The notes under the pieces were generated by a model. That model saw only the letters and a list, made by a program, of their open reading frames with translations, searched no databases and was not told the DNA's origin. DNA of 64,000 bases from Xylographa opegraphella. Taxonomy: Eukaryota. Positions 15,935-28,946 of the stretch are shown piece after piece (position 1 is the first letter of the stretch; every line of letters starts with the position of its first letter). The stretch spans positions 124,001 to 188,000 of the forward strand of contig JALDZX010000022.1 in assembly GCA_022813865.1 (NCBI GenBank), read 5' to 3'. Made by a program: the position numbers and the translations under genes.

Positions 15935-18550
15935 GATGCTTTGTTTGTCCGTTTCTGTAGAACTTTTGTTTGGCGTTGATGTTTGATGTTGAGAATGAAT
16001 GGGATGCAGATCAGAGGTTCAGCTCTTTATACCTTTGAGGGTGTGGCAGTTTCTGCTCACTTCGGTAAATGGGTGACGTGTCCAGCAGTTCAATTGGGGG
16101 TCGAGGCCTCCTGCAGACTCGTCAGATATTCCAAATCAGTGTCCTTGTTGCGTTTGATTCCTTAGAAGGCCAGTCCATCATTGGTGACGGCTATTCCTTA
16201 GTGATCGAGGAATACTAATCATTGAAGAATATCGTCACGTGATACCACATCTTCAAGCATCTGGCTGCCGCGCTCCATCAGGGCCCCAATTAGCCTCAGG
16301 TGGTAAGCTGACATAGCGAAGTAGCTGCGAGAAATGGTTATGAGGCCATTGGCCAAGGAGGATATCTCCAGGACTAGACCTCTGTTTTACTAATCTCTCT
16401 GCATGTTGAACGCTATTGAACAGATACGCTAAAACTGCAGTGGATGAAAACCAACGATATAAGCGAAATGTGTCTGTTAATTCCGTCATGTGAGATGAAG
16501 GCCGATGATGTCGAAAAGGTACATCATCAGTATGGGTTTAGGATGACATCAAAGAGACATGGACTAATCGTAGTCATGATTAGTTTGCTCGTCGGGCAAT
16601 CCGAGAGTAAACATCCAACAGGAGACTGAATCACAAGGGAATAAACAAGAACGCTCGCCCTCCCATGGTGTATCATTTCGATGAAAGCGCTTAGATGAAT
16701 GGAAATGCTGGGAGCTTCGACAAAGCTCAAATCATTCAAGGCTGACAAATTACCTGACCAAATCAATCCCAACTTCTGGTTACCTGGCCTATGACTAGAC
16801 TAGGTAGGTAGGTGGATGTAGATTGTGGCGTTACCTAAGCAGCGTATTATTGCTGGATTAGGTCTTGGGGGTACAACAAAGATGATCAGTGCGCTTGGTC
16901 GATGACCATCTGCTATTAGCTTATAGAACTTGACTTCAAGATCCAACTGGCTGACGCGGCAAAACACCTGCATCGCAAATGTGTAGTTTTATGATCAAGG
17001 ACGTCCAGGGATGATTTCGGAAATTTGTGCCTTGAGCCGACAGCCTGCAGGTACACGAATCGCCAGAACGAGGCCCTAATCCTCTGGAGGCAACTGTAGC
17101 TAGCGAGCTCGACCGACAAGACCGAGCTCTCACCACCACCAAGAGAGGGGTGATTCAGGGCCGTTGGTCAAAACGAACGCCGGATGGTCTATTTAGGTCG
17201 TACAGTGACACGAATTCCTGCTCGCAACAGAAATCGGACGACCTCCAACAAATGGTTGTGAAGCAGCACGGCATAGCCGAATTCTCGCGGGGTACATCGC
17301 CTGGGGAGCGAACGGGTACGGCCTCCCAACATGACCTGCTCGACGGGCAAAGGATGGGCTGTCGGGTTTCGATTCAGATGCGCTCCTCCTGCTGCAGTGC
17401 TCTACCCGCTCCTCCAAGTTTCGAACCGCCCCGAAATGAAACGAATCAAGCTTTGCATCACCAAAAAGCTCGCCACACGCCTGCACTTGGCCCCTGTCGG
17501 TGGGCGTCGTAACTAATCGTACCATTGAGGCTCAAGTCCGACAGTACGTGGAAGACATCCTCCAGGCGTCCATGGCAGATTCAAGTCTCGAAGTCTGCCC
17601 GATGTAAGTCGCCCCACGTCGGGGGCGGAGTGAAGTTGGCAGCTGACGCCACAGGTCGGCGCCACAGCGCGGGACTTTGTCGGATAACGAAATGTGAACC
17701 TCCTCCGGGCGCCTTTGGACAAGGCTATAGCCTATCATGCGCACCGCAACGCAACACCTTCCACATAGGTCTGCACTTGAGATCTGATTTCGTGGTAGGC
17801 ACAAGACCTAGATAGGAGCGTCTCCGTGGATTGGACGCCGCGCACTGGGACGAATCACCCCCGCTTGGGGGAGACGGGATCAGATTGATAAGCGATCGGC
17901 CTGCCGATAAGTGATGGCCCGTCTGCCATCTGGACATCCGATCACCTTCTTCGGGACAAGCAGGCGACCAAGTCTGCGATGCGACGTCGCTCATTGGTCC
18001 GAAGCAGGGGGCTGCTGCTCGCGTGATCCTTGGCGTGCAGCCGTCGCACCGGAGCCGGGGTCTGCAGCGCTAGCGAACCGCAGCCTTGTCCGTGAAACGC
18101 GGTCAAACGCATCATCCTTTCGGCCCTCAACGTTCAACTGCTCAGCTTCGGTGCGAAATTGCCTAAGCTGTGTTTGGTGGTGATGACACTTGTCGGAGAT
18201 TGTGGTTTGAGGGCAAGCTGCAACCCGAGCTCGAGATGCTGCATCTCTCGTCTACCGAGCCTTGAGCTAAAGGCACGAGACCCTCGGAGGCATCATCCCA
18301 CATGAGCGTGGCCGGCCCATGATGCCAGGTACCGCGCCTGCTGGCGTCGGGGGTGTGATCGATCTTTTTGTCCGGCTCTGCTGCCTTGTATCTCTCCTCC
18401 ACCTTCCTTAGTCTGCGGCAATCATATTTAAATCTGATCGTCTTCCACACTCTTTTGGAGATGTTCTGACGGCCCGCTCATGTGCGCTCCTCCACACGGT
18501 CCTTCCTTTCAGAAGCGGCATCCACTTTGAACGAATCCCGACTGTACAGC

Positions 18551-20397
18551 ATGGCGCTCAATGTATTGCTCTGCTTTACTGTCCTTAGCAAGCTCGTCCC
18601 GTGTGTACTGGCGCAGGTTCAGCACTTCTATTCTGTAAGCAGCTTCCGCAACTGCTGTCGCGGCTCAGCGCCAGCTCAATTAACACTTCGGTCAGAACCC
18701 GGCCTTAGCTCCCCCGACTCTCGTAGTCGAGACCCACAATCGCAGCCTCACGGATGCAGGCTACATTTTCATGACCCCGTTTCAAGACGCTCAACCGTCC
18801 CCGTTAATCTTCCGCAGTGATGGGGTATGTATGTCCTCGATGACAAGGACGTACTACTGCTAATCTGTCGTAGACTCTGATATGGGATGGCAGAGCGTAT
18901 GTCGATGGTCTTCAAGGGCATGACCTAACGGTCTGCGACTACAACGAGACGTCAAATCTTTGTTTCATGTATGGTGTCCAAGAGAATGGTTATGCCCGAG
19001 GCTACGGGCTCGTTCTCGATCAGACATATACCCAAGTCCTGAATGTAACTTCTGGTAACGGCGAATCTGGTCTCGATCAACATGAGTTCTTTGTGAAAGA
19101 AAACGGTACGACAGTACTAGCAACCATCTACAAGCAGATCCCGTTTGATGCAGCGACGTCTGCTCCTGGCAACACCGCGCTGGAGAACGTCACCTGGCTC
19201 CAGGTTGGAATTTTCCAGCGGATAGAGTTAGCTACCAACAACGTACTCTTTGAGTGGCAATCCAGCGATTTTGTTCCAGTGAGCGCCAGCTATGTGCTAC
19301 CAGGTACAACAGATATCAGTGGAGATGGCTTATCGGCAGGTACCGCCTGGGACTACTTGTGAGCCTGTACTACCTTCAATGACATTCCTTGCTAATTGAC
19401 CACTTTTAGTCATATTAATTCGGTAGACATGTTTGAAAACGGCGACTACCTTGTCTCTGCTCGCCATGCCAAGACAGTGTACAGGATCAATGGAACAGAT
19501 GGATCCATCGTGTGGCAACTCAATGGGATGACGTCGGATTTTACTCAGGATTTCACATTCGACTTTCAACACAATGCAAGAGTACGAAATGAAAACGGAA
19601 GCACCGTGGTGATCTCCGTCTACGATAACGGCTCGGATGATTTGCCGCCCTCCACGGGAACCAGCAAACCAGGCTATGAACAATATTCCGCCGGCAAGGT
19701 GCTTTCCGTTGACACCTCAGCCAACACCTCCACGCTTTTGGAGTGGTATATCTCCCCGGACAAACAACTATCCAACTCACAAGGCGATCTTCAATATCTT
19801 CCGAACGGCAATAAATTCATGGGCATGGGTGATCTCCCTTTCGCGGTCGAGTTCACCGACAATTCGACCGGCAATGCAAGCGTTGTGTACTACGCGCACC
19901 TCGAGAACGACAACAACACCGACACCTTCTCCAGCTACCGCAACTTCAAATTCGAGTGGATCGCCCAACCGGCCGCTCCCCCCGACCTCTTCGTCTACGC
20001 GCAAAATTGCAGTACCAGCCCCGTCTTCTACGCGAGCTGGAACGGCGCTACCGAGGTCAACTCGTGGCGCTTTCAAACCAGCAACGAATCCACCGGTCCA
20101 TTCTCGACCGTTGCGGCAATTCGAAAATCAGGGTTCGAGACGCATACCTCAGTCGCGGCCGGAGACTTCAGCCTGTTCACGATCGTGGAAGCACGGGGCG
20201 CGTTCGGGGAACTGCTCGGCTCATCGTCGGTTGTCCAGACGTTTGTGCCCGCAACGAGCATCGCCAACTGTACGTCAACTTCTTGTGGCCCAACGCTCAA
20301 TTACACCAGCGCCGCGACACTGGCCTGCCCGGTCACGCGATCGACGCGCAAACATCATAAAACTTCACCCGGGTATGGATACCCTTTCACCGCCTAA
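18551..20397 (+). CDS. Secreted arylsulfotransferase (ASST-domain) protein
   Basis: Signal peptide; DQHEF, WDYFHINSVD (across intron 19359-19409), YLVSARH, FQHNAR, SQGDLQYLPNGN and YASWNGATEV motifs; other introns 18635-18695 and 18825-18873. Confidence 0.9.
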
Positions 20398-21317
20398 TTG
20401 CAAAATATACCAGTAATGGCGACGAATGTAATGCCGAATAATGAGCTAATGACGATGCTGTACATAAAATTGCGCGATGTGTCATTGCGTCGCGGACAGG
20501 GAGAGGAGTTCATCGGGGAGTGCGCGCAAAGCTTGACCCGGGAGCTTAGCAAGATCTTGCTATATCAGATCGGGAAGTTCAGACGGGGATAGGCGTTTGT
20601 GGGGACCAGCTTTTTTCATTTCGGCTGCCAGTAGTAGGGTAGCTTCTAATCAGATCGATTTGTACATACATCCTGCATGCATGCATATGCTGGGGCAGGA
20701 TTTGATCGCGTCGCACAACAGGCTCATGACCTCACCGTTTCGGCTGATCTTACCCTTCGGAAGTGCCTCCGAAAGCTGGTCCTTTGGGTCTGACCGCCTT
20801 GCCAGTGTGCTCGGGGCCAAATGTAGAGGCCGCGCAATCACCATCCATGCACCAAACTTCGTTCCTTGCTTGTGCTGTGTATCCGCCGGTAGGCTGCACC
20901 GGTATTTTCGATTGGTGTTACCGGTTTTCCTGTGCGGGGTGTGCCTAAGCGCGTCTGAAATCATGTAATCTGGACACATGGCTTATTATTTCCTTCGTCG
21001 ATGTGTTCTGTTTCTAGTACCTACGAATCTTCCGTCGCTAGATCACGGTGGGCAATTTTCAATAACCTCACTCACAGGTGATGGAGACATACTTTGAGAA
21101 GAGGGTGTCCCAGGAGGACGCAGAACCCTCGTCGTAGCTCATCTGAGCCACGTAGCAGGTCGTCCACGACGGCGTATGCGGGACTTTCATTTTTGGATCA
21201 CAAGTCTGAGGCGGCTTTGGACGGACTCTCTATCAACTAGGCTCGCTCGGTTGTTGGGAATACCGGAGAAGGTCGGATGTTGTTTTATTCACCTTTCACT
21301 CCTGGACTTGAGAGATC

Positions 21318-23261
21318 ATGGGTGGGTATAAAGAGAGTCCTGTGCTCATCGAGTTTAGCTATCTGTGCTCAGATCAAGACTTGTTCAATGTTGCTTCAAC
21401 TTGTCACAACCATGCTACGTATTCTGATTTATACTCGCGTGATTTTATTACTGAAAGCCTGGCCACCGGTGTAGAAATGCCACGAAATCCTGCTGGTGCT
21501 CTATTCCCAAGCACGAAATGGCGCAGAAAGAGTGCCATGTGTCCGTTAAAGTGTGTGGTGATGAAGTTTCTTTCATGTGTACATCGCACTTTCCTAACGT
21601 GTATACGCTCATTTGCTGCGATGCCATCTCTGGCTTCATCTATGCTTCACAACAGCGTCACACCGTATAACCCACCTATATGTCTACCCTATGTAATTCG
21701 TCGAATCCTTCCTCGTCGTTACTCTGAAATGCAAACTCCGCATCATTTTCGTACCAGTACATCACCTTCAAACCGAGGGGTGGAACAATCGTACTTCAGA
21801 AAATGGACAGCAAGAGCACCGTTTCTAAGCAGCTCCGAGGATGTTTCCCCGCACACCATGGCGCCAGGCCCGGGCACTGCTCCTGCTCAAAGGACCAGAG
21901 AACCCTCCGTAGGACATACTGCTCACAGCTCACCGCTACTAGATTCTCCAACCCGCCCGTCTCTTATCTCCAGAGGAACATATGTCAGGAGATCCAGTAG
22001 CTTGGACGTACGACGTGAAGATCGGTCCGACTCTGTCGTCGGCTTGATCGCAATAGACACTCTTACGTCGCATGAAACCAAGGCGCCTGCAACCTCGTCA
22101 ACCTTCTCGACCAACGATCGTGCTTTGGAGACGTTGCCTGAAAGAAGACGTCGATTAGGTCTTAGTGCACCGCCGACCGACCTACCTGCTCAGGGAACAA
22201 CGAGAGGACATCGTTGGAAGCGTGAAACGTCGAGCCACCTGATAGAGCTACGTGTTACCAGAAGGGATCATCAGAAGGGCAGCCCTCCGGTCGGAGACTT
22301 TCCCCAGCCCACAACCACAGATGAGAAAAGAGTGGACGGGAAACACGGATACGAAGTTACCGAAAGTGCTGTCTCTACCTTACAAAGAACTGGCACAATC
22401 ACAGCATCGTCTTCAACAGCGAGGAGGAACACTCCACTCAGCAAGCCTCGTACCGAGTACTCGGAAGGCTTATACTGTCGTGTCAGACGTCGTCTTGGGC
22501 TAAAGAAAGGTCGATTCCCAGGTTCGGATGAGGAGAAAAGCATGGGTGGAATCAAGAGCGAGACTGGGATGATGCTCAGTCATGCTGCTGAACTCTTGCG
22601 AGACGTGCCAGACCGCAGACCCACTCTCAACGCTTTATCCACTCGGACAAGCAAGCTGTCAATCGCTGCAGCTCATCATCAAGAAGGTGCACAGTCTTCA
22701 GCTACGAGCTCCTTGCGTAACCTCTTCATGGGCAAAGTACCGCTGCCAACACCGGATCCGGCAGAATTGTACACTGGCTCGGATAACGGGCAATACTTCC
22801 GAGTAGAAATGTCGAGTTCAGAGGCTCCCAATTTTCTTCCTTCAGAGGCTCGTAGAATCGACACACCACCTATGCCGGGGGGAAAGGACAGTGGTCGTAA
22901 ACTGCGGGGCTTCTTCTTTGATTTCCGCCCACCAGGAGAAGATTCGGAGCCAACGCCTCTTTCGCGGGAAGCATCCAGTGTCAATCGCAAGAGCTTCCAG
23001 AGTTTTGGCACGAAACCTGAAGGTTCTGACTCTCAAAAGGAGAGAGAATGGTTTAGAGTCCGGGTTCAGACGTTTTCTGACCAGAACACCTTTGAACTCG
23101 ATGTACCAGACCATCTCCCCAACAGCCCCATGTGCGCCAAGAACCCCAAGCACACCTCTGGGGGTAAGGGGATTTGTCCGTATCATGGCAGAGCACGTAC
23201 AGGCTCCACTCAAGCGAGCGATAGCACGGAGAAGATAGACAAGACGAAAAATGAAAAATGA
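21318..23261 (+). CDS. Hypothetical, largely disordered protein; true start probably a downstream ATG (e.g. 21620)
   Basis: 647-codon ORF, Ser/Arg/Pro-rich, with an ordered-looking C-terminal segment VPDHLPNSPMCAKNPKHTSGGKGICPYHGR (possible metal-binding C/H motif). Confidence 0.7.
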   Translation: MGGYKESPVLIEFSYLCSDQDLFNVASTCHNHATYSDLYSRDFITESLATGVEMPRNPAGALFPSTKWRRKSAMCPLKCVVMKFLSCVHRTFLTCIRSFAAMPSLASSMLHNSVTPYNPPICLPYVIRRILPRRYSEMQTPHHFRTSTSPSNRGVEQSYFRKWTARAPFLSSSEDVSPHTMAPGPGTAPAQRTREPSVGHTAHSSPLLDSPTRPSLISRGTYVRRSSSLDVRREDRSDSVVGLIAIDTLTSHETKAPATSSTFSTNDRALETLPERRRRLGLSAPPTDLPAQGTTRGHRWKRETSSHLIELRVTRRDHQKGSPPVGDFPQPTTTDEKRVDGKHGYEVTESAVSTLQRTGTITASSSTARRNTPLSKPRTEYSEGLYCRVRRRLGLKKGRFPGSDEEKSMGGIKSETGMMLSHAAELLRDVPDRRPTLNALSTRTSKLSIAAAHHQEGAQSSATSSLRNLFMGKVPLPTPDPAELYTGSDNGQYFRVEMSSSEAPNFLPSEARRIDTPPMPGGKDSGRKLRGFFFDFRPPGEDSEPTPLSREASSVNRKSFQSFGTKPEGSDSQKEREWFRVRVQTFSDQNTFELDVPDHLPNSPMCAKNPKHTSGGKGICPYHGRARTGSTQASDSTEKIDKTKNEK

Positions 23262-23691
23262 TCACAGTAGCTTGCACTTGTATTAATAGCTGTCAGAATG
23301 GCATCCGCCTCCACGTATTCGTACACCACCTAACTTACGATGCCAATTGGTACGAATATGTGTAAGGTACGAGATTTATGAAAGCTCTGACATCAGTTGA
23401 TGGAACACGCCTCAGATCTGATAGACGGTACACAACTGCTTTTGGCACGATTTGGGCATTGTCAAGGGCGTCCTTTCCTGAAGCCACTTTGGGCCAAGCG
23501 GGCAATCTCATCGCCCAGCTTTTCGGAATTTCAATCTTCCGCATCGGCAAAACCAATTACCGACGATTCAGGTACGGAGTAGCAATATATTTGTGTCTGG
23601 TGTCCAAGCTATTTATCACTCCCAACTGCTCGCTACATGATTGCTCGCTACATGACCAAGGCGCCCTGCGTTCTTTTCAGGCTCGATAGTC

Positions 23692-25046
23692 ATGGCCGAA
23701 GGTTCTACTGTTCTGCTAGATCCCTTGCTCATCCTTCGGAGCTCGATCGCGTCGAATAACCCTCCGGTCCCTACAACCTCTCCTGATGCATCGGCAGGGA
23801 ACGCAACCGACAATCTTGCTCTTGCAACTCATCTCCACTTCAGCTCACCAAGCCATCAGACATACGAATTAGCAGCCCCTACCCGCTTCGTATCCTCCTC
23901 CACGCCCGTAGACCTACGGAGCATCTACTTCGCCTGGCAGAAGAAAGATGTTGCTATCCCCGACTACATCGCCTCGGCGCAACAACTCAACGAGGAGCTC
24001 GCAGCGCCTGGTGGAGCGGGGGGAAGGGTCCAAAATCTGGTTTTTGTGGAGAGGTTGGACTTGATCACATGGCTCGAAGGCGCGAGCGACGAAAGCGAGT
24101 ACATCACTCCACTGGAGGGGGATGAGGGCAGAGCAGCGGCGGCGGGGGCTGCCTTGGTGGCATCCGGCGCTGCAGGCGGAGCAGCGGCCGTCGCAAGTGC
24201 TGGTGGGAGGACGGGAAAGACGATCGATCCGCGTTTACAGGAGATCTATAATGGCGAGCGAAGGATGGGGGATCGCAACACGGTGCTGCGAGGAATCAAA
24301 CCCACAGTACGCGTACCCGTTAATGCCATATCAAGCGGGGAGGACAGCTCACTCTAACACGAACCTCTTAGGATTTCTCCCACGTCCGCAAATCCGCCGA
24401 AGCTTTCCTGGGCCGCACGCGCGCCCGTCCTTCCGCACCCACTGCTGCAGCCGGCACCTCCCTCCGCCCCACATCCTCCACGCCCTCCATCCCGCCGTCG
24501 ATCCCCTCCCACCCGAAGAAACCGTCCCGGCGTCCGGACCCGATCATCCTGCTCTCCCCCTCGGCGTCCTCCCTGCTGCGGATGTCGAACATCAAGCCCT
24601 TTCTCGAGTCCGGCAGCTACCAGCCGCCCGCCCCGACCTCGACGACGACCATCCTGCACATCTCGCGCCTCCTGCCCAGCATCGACGCCACGCGCCCGCT
24701 GCGCTTCATCCTCGTCGACTCGCCCGACCAGTTCAAGCCCGACTACTGGGACCGCGTCGTCGCCGTCTTCACCACCGGCCAGACGTGGCAGTTCAAGAGC
24801 TACAAGTGGAGCAGCCCCGCCGACCTCTTCGGCCGCGTCCTCGGCGTCTACCTCGGCTGGCGCGGCGAGGAGGTCCCGGACTCCGTCCGCGGCTGGGGCA
24901 GGGGCGTCGTCAACGTCGGTGTCGATAAGTGGATCGAGGGCCGGAAGGGCGAGGGCCGCTGGCGCGATCGCGAGGTCGTCGAGACCGTTTGGGGCCAGAT
25001 CGAGGGCTGGATGAAGGGGAGGGGATGGGGCGCTAATACGGGGTGA
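23692..25046 (+). CDS. cdc73: Paf1 complex subunit Cdc73
   Basis: FVERLDLITWLEG, DRNTVLRGIKPTDF (across intron 24307-24371), DPIILLSPSASSLLRMSNIK and DYWDRVVAVFTTGQTWQFKSYKW. Confidence 0.95.
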
Positions 25047-25648
25047 AGGCCCGAGGAGGCTGTTGTTGGGGGGGGGGTCGGAGATTTCCGGGCTTTGCAG
25101 TTCTGGAGGCTTGTCGTTTTCGTCGGTTCTGGCCTGGCTTTGTTCTGCGCTGCGGGAATCGGCTTTTGCGGGCGCTTGGCGACTTCGCGTCCACGCCCTC
25201 CGTTTTCTGCATGGAGGTCGGGCAGCGGTTGGGGGGCCGCCTCCGAGGGAGAGAGGGCACGTTGCTGCGCGGTATCTGCGTGCGACGGTTCCTCCCCATG
25301 GGGGGCGGGACGGATTGGCATACAGCATGAAGATATGGGGGGGGCGAGGAACGGTCGATGCACGATCGGCCGTTGGGAAGCATTCTTCGTAGACGGAGGA
25401 ATAGCCAAGCTCACCTAGCACCGAGAACGAGACGAGTACATCCATTCTGTTCGACAGACGGCGCGAGCAAGTCGTCTGCGATATATACCTCAGATCTATA
25501 CGTAGCTATGATACAAATGCGTGAACACGGCCACCGAAAGTATGGCCCGGCTCAAACATGCCCCGGTCGCGAACACCAGCGCTTCATGGGTATCGTGGGA
25601 AATGCAGGAAAAGGGAACCAAATGATGCAGGGGCCAAGCAAAGACAAT

Positions 25649-27137
25649 CTACGTATCCACGGCCGGAGCCTCTCCTGCTTCTTCTTCTTCTTCTTCTTCC
25701 GCCGCCTCTCCACTTTTCTCCACTTCGCCACTCTCGAGGGATGAGGGCTCGGTCGGCTCTGTGTCATGTTTGTCGTCGATTGACAGCCCCTGGATACCGT
25801 TTTCTAATGCCGATGTGCTTTCGTGGTCGGGTCGGACAGCTTCAGGTTCTGCTGCAACCGGTGTCTCCGTAGATGAGGGTGGAGCTGCTGGTGGAGCCTG
25901 CTCGTTTTCGATGATCGATGGTTCTTCTTCCAGTACGGGAGTCTCGTGAGAAGGTCGTCCGCGGGTGGATTCGTGAGTGTCCTCGTCTCCTTCCGCAATG
26001 GTAGCGACCAAGGATCCTGTGGAAGGGGTGTGCTTATGTCTCCGTGTTGTGGCGCCGGTGCTTATCGTCGTGGTGGCTGTCTCTCCATCCCCTTGTGTAT
26101 CCGGCGCATGAGCAGTGCTGTTTTGTCTGACGCTGGAACTTCTCTCCAGGAACGCGGGAGGTTTGTCGCGGGGACTGAACTCCTCTTCAGCGGTTAAGCC
26201 TTCAGCTTCGGGAGGAACAGTGTAATTTTCTTCTGGTATCAGGTTGTACACATCGCAGACCGTCTTGTATAAGATGTAAAGGCCCTCGTGACTTTCCACG
26301 TTCCAGAACACTTCTCGATGTTGGAACCACGCATGGGCAAACATACGATACACTCGCCGGAATATGTTCGTCAATTGTCTGACACCTTGTGAGCTTCCTC
26401 CGGTGGAATCGCTTCCTAGAGTCAACCGACTTGGGAAGTGCTTAGGAGATGTAAGAACATTGGCTGCCCAGTCAAGAGTGTGACAGCAGTAGTCAATTGC
26501 GCAGCACGACTTCGGCGGGTCATGGACTGCACAAAGGTACTGCCATTCAGAGGCCCGCATCTCTGGGCAGTTCTGTGCAGAACAAGGGGGAGAATCCGTG
26601 AAGAAGCCAATGATGAGGTTATTGGCCTTCTGAACAAGCAGACGGCATAGCTCATAAAGCCATAGAAATCGATCGACATTATCAGGCGGCGAAGCAATTA
26701 TATATGCTGTCTCTCGATTAATGGGTATAGTGGTGTTGCTTTGTTCTTCGGACTTGGTAGCATGAAAGTAGAGGGCCTTGAGATGCTCTTGAAGCTGGAA
26801 TGGTGAGTCTAACTGTGTAGGACGCTAGAAATCAGAACCAGCGCGTAAGATATGAGAGATTTGGATGACAAGTAGAAGCCCGTCTGCTTACTTCTGAAAG
26901 TGGTATCAATGGGGGGCCGGACGGCATATCGGCAGCCTTCGTACCAGGACGAATTCTTCTTGACGATCCGTCATCCCGAGATTTATGATCATTGAAATCT
27001 TGGACAACACTTCCCCCGTTGTTTCTCGCAATTGGAGACTTTGGCCCAATTTGCACTTCGGGGAAAGGAGGAGGGCTTGGGAGACGAGGGGATGTAGAAG
27101 GTGAAAGGCTCCCGGCCGGAGCAACAGCAGAAGCCAT
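25649..27137 (-). CDS. mob3: Mob1/phocein family protein (STRIPAK Mob3/Mob4 type)
   Basis: RRIRPGTKAADM, LDSPFQLQEHL, WLYELCR, CPEMRASEWQYLCAVH, CAIDYCCHTLD and FRRVYRMFAHAWFQH; intron 26813-26891. Confidence 0.93.
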
Positions 27138-27465
27138 CGATTAAAGTTATCAGCGGTGGAATCCTGTGAATGCAGTATAGCGATGCAAGGTTGGATAATG
27201 ACAAGCTACGTACCGTTTTGAAGTGACTTCGTCTTGCAGTTCAATCTCGGGCCTCGAGCGCGCAGGAGCAGGAGTGAAACAAGACCAATCGCGGCAGTTC
27301 GATTGATCCGATCCTAGCGTTCGTTGCCAATTCTCCAGCAATACGTCTACGCGAACCCTAAGTCTTTGAGCTTGATTCCCGTATGAGAAAAATAAGAAGT
27401 TCATTATTTTAGTTTTGCTTTCCTGTTTGCAGTGCGTTTGGCCAATGTGAGACATATCAGGAGAC

Positions 27466-28946
27466 ATGATGTCGGGAAGAACTGGTGACGAAGCACCCAT
27501 GCTGGTGGACGTTCAATCAACCACTCAGATGGGCTCTAGTATCAAGCCTAGCTTGTCGGATATACCATTGAATCGAGTCCCCATCACTGTGATCACTGGT
27601 ACGGTATGATCGACTATGTGGAAATGGTGTAAGAGCTTATCTTGGGTTAGGTTATTTGGGATCGGGGAAGACTACGCTGTTGAACTACATTCTTAAGGAG
27701 CAACATGGGAAGAAAATTGCCGTTATATTGAATGGCGCGTACACACGCAGGGATTCAATATTCAGTGTTAACAGTTATCTTAGAATTTGGTGACTGTATT
27801 ATACCTGCTCTCTCCTGGTCACATGGCAATGGCTTACAAGAGGTTCAGCCGCCGACATCGAAAAAGCTTTGACCGTCAATCATAATGGCGAAGAGGTGCA
27901 AGAGTGGCTGGAGCTAGCTAATGGTTGCATCTGCTGCTCTGTGAAGTGAGACCTTTGTCCACCATCTGCTTTGACTTCCAACCTCAAGCGTTGTTTCCTT
28001 ACTAAGCATGGCATAGAGACTCGGGTGTCAACGCTATTGAATCGCTTATGGAGCGTCGGGGAGCCTTCGACTACATCCTACTTGAAACCTCTGGACTTGC
28101 TGATCCAGGTAATATTGCCCCGCTGTTCTGGGTCGATGAAGGACTTGGAAGCTCGATCTACCTGGATGGCATCGTCACGCTTGTCGATGCGAAGAACATC
28201 CTCACAAGCTTGAATGAAACGCCCTTCGACACAATACACTCTGCGGCTATCCACGAGCGACAACGAGATCCTCTACCAACGACTGCTCACCTGCAGATAT
28301 CACATGCGGATGTTATCCTTTTGAATAAGAGCGATACTATCTCTAGCGATCAAATTGGAGAAATACTGGAGAGAATACGCAGCATCAATAACCTGGCAAA
28401 AGTTCACATTACAGAGTACAGTCGTTTGCCGTATCTGGAGGGAGCTGTTTTGGACTTGCATGCTTATGATGACGTGGACTCTTTGGAAACATCTCCCAGT
28501 AGTGTGGCCCACATCGACCCGGTAAGATCCGGTTTCGTTATTCCTTCTACTTGATGCTAAATCGGACCACATAGTCAATTTCTACCATTAGTATCGTCCT
28601 GAATAGTCTTTCCCGGAGGAAGATTGACAGACTCGAAACTTGGCTCAGAAAGGTTCTTTGGGAGTCAAAGCTCATCTATCCGGATGGAACACATGCAGAC
28701 TTGTCGGATTCGGTATCCATACATCGTCTCAAAGGCCGTATATTGCTTGACTCGGGAGAAGTGAAGATGGTTCAGGGGGTCAGGGAGGTTTTCGAAATCA
28801 CAGACATTGCTGATGCGTGGATCCAAAACCATGGAACGGAAGAGAGCGTCGTTCCCGGAGTTGGAAAGCTCGTATTCATTGGGCGGGGTCTTACAGGACA
28901 GCCCTGGGGGGAGAGCTTGCACTGTTTTCTGGATCGAGTGGATTGA
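27466..28946 (+). CDS. zng1: COG0523/CobW-family zinc-chaperone GTPase
   Basis: Spliced product has [43 protein letters not shown] and C-terminal IHRLKG...QGVRE...LVFIG. Multiple introns, including GC-AG 27735-27783, and a 12-nt micro-exon 27784-27795. Confidence 0.92.

Noticed and set aside
16000..18500. Many short overlapping ORFs between the beta-CA and ASST genes
   Set aside because: No domain, no consistent splice model and mostly non-ATG starts; treated as intergenic.
9763..20397. Permease, MFS, beta-CA and ASST as a secondary-metabolite cluster
   Set aside because: No backbone enzyme (PKS, NRPS, terpene synthase) or dedicated regulator nearby; co-location alone is insufficient.
24354..25445. 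363-aa and other ORFs antisense to Cdc73
   Set aside because: Shadow ORFs caused by extreme GC content.
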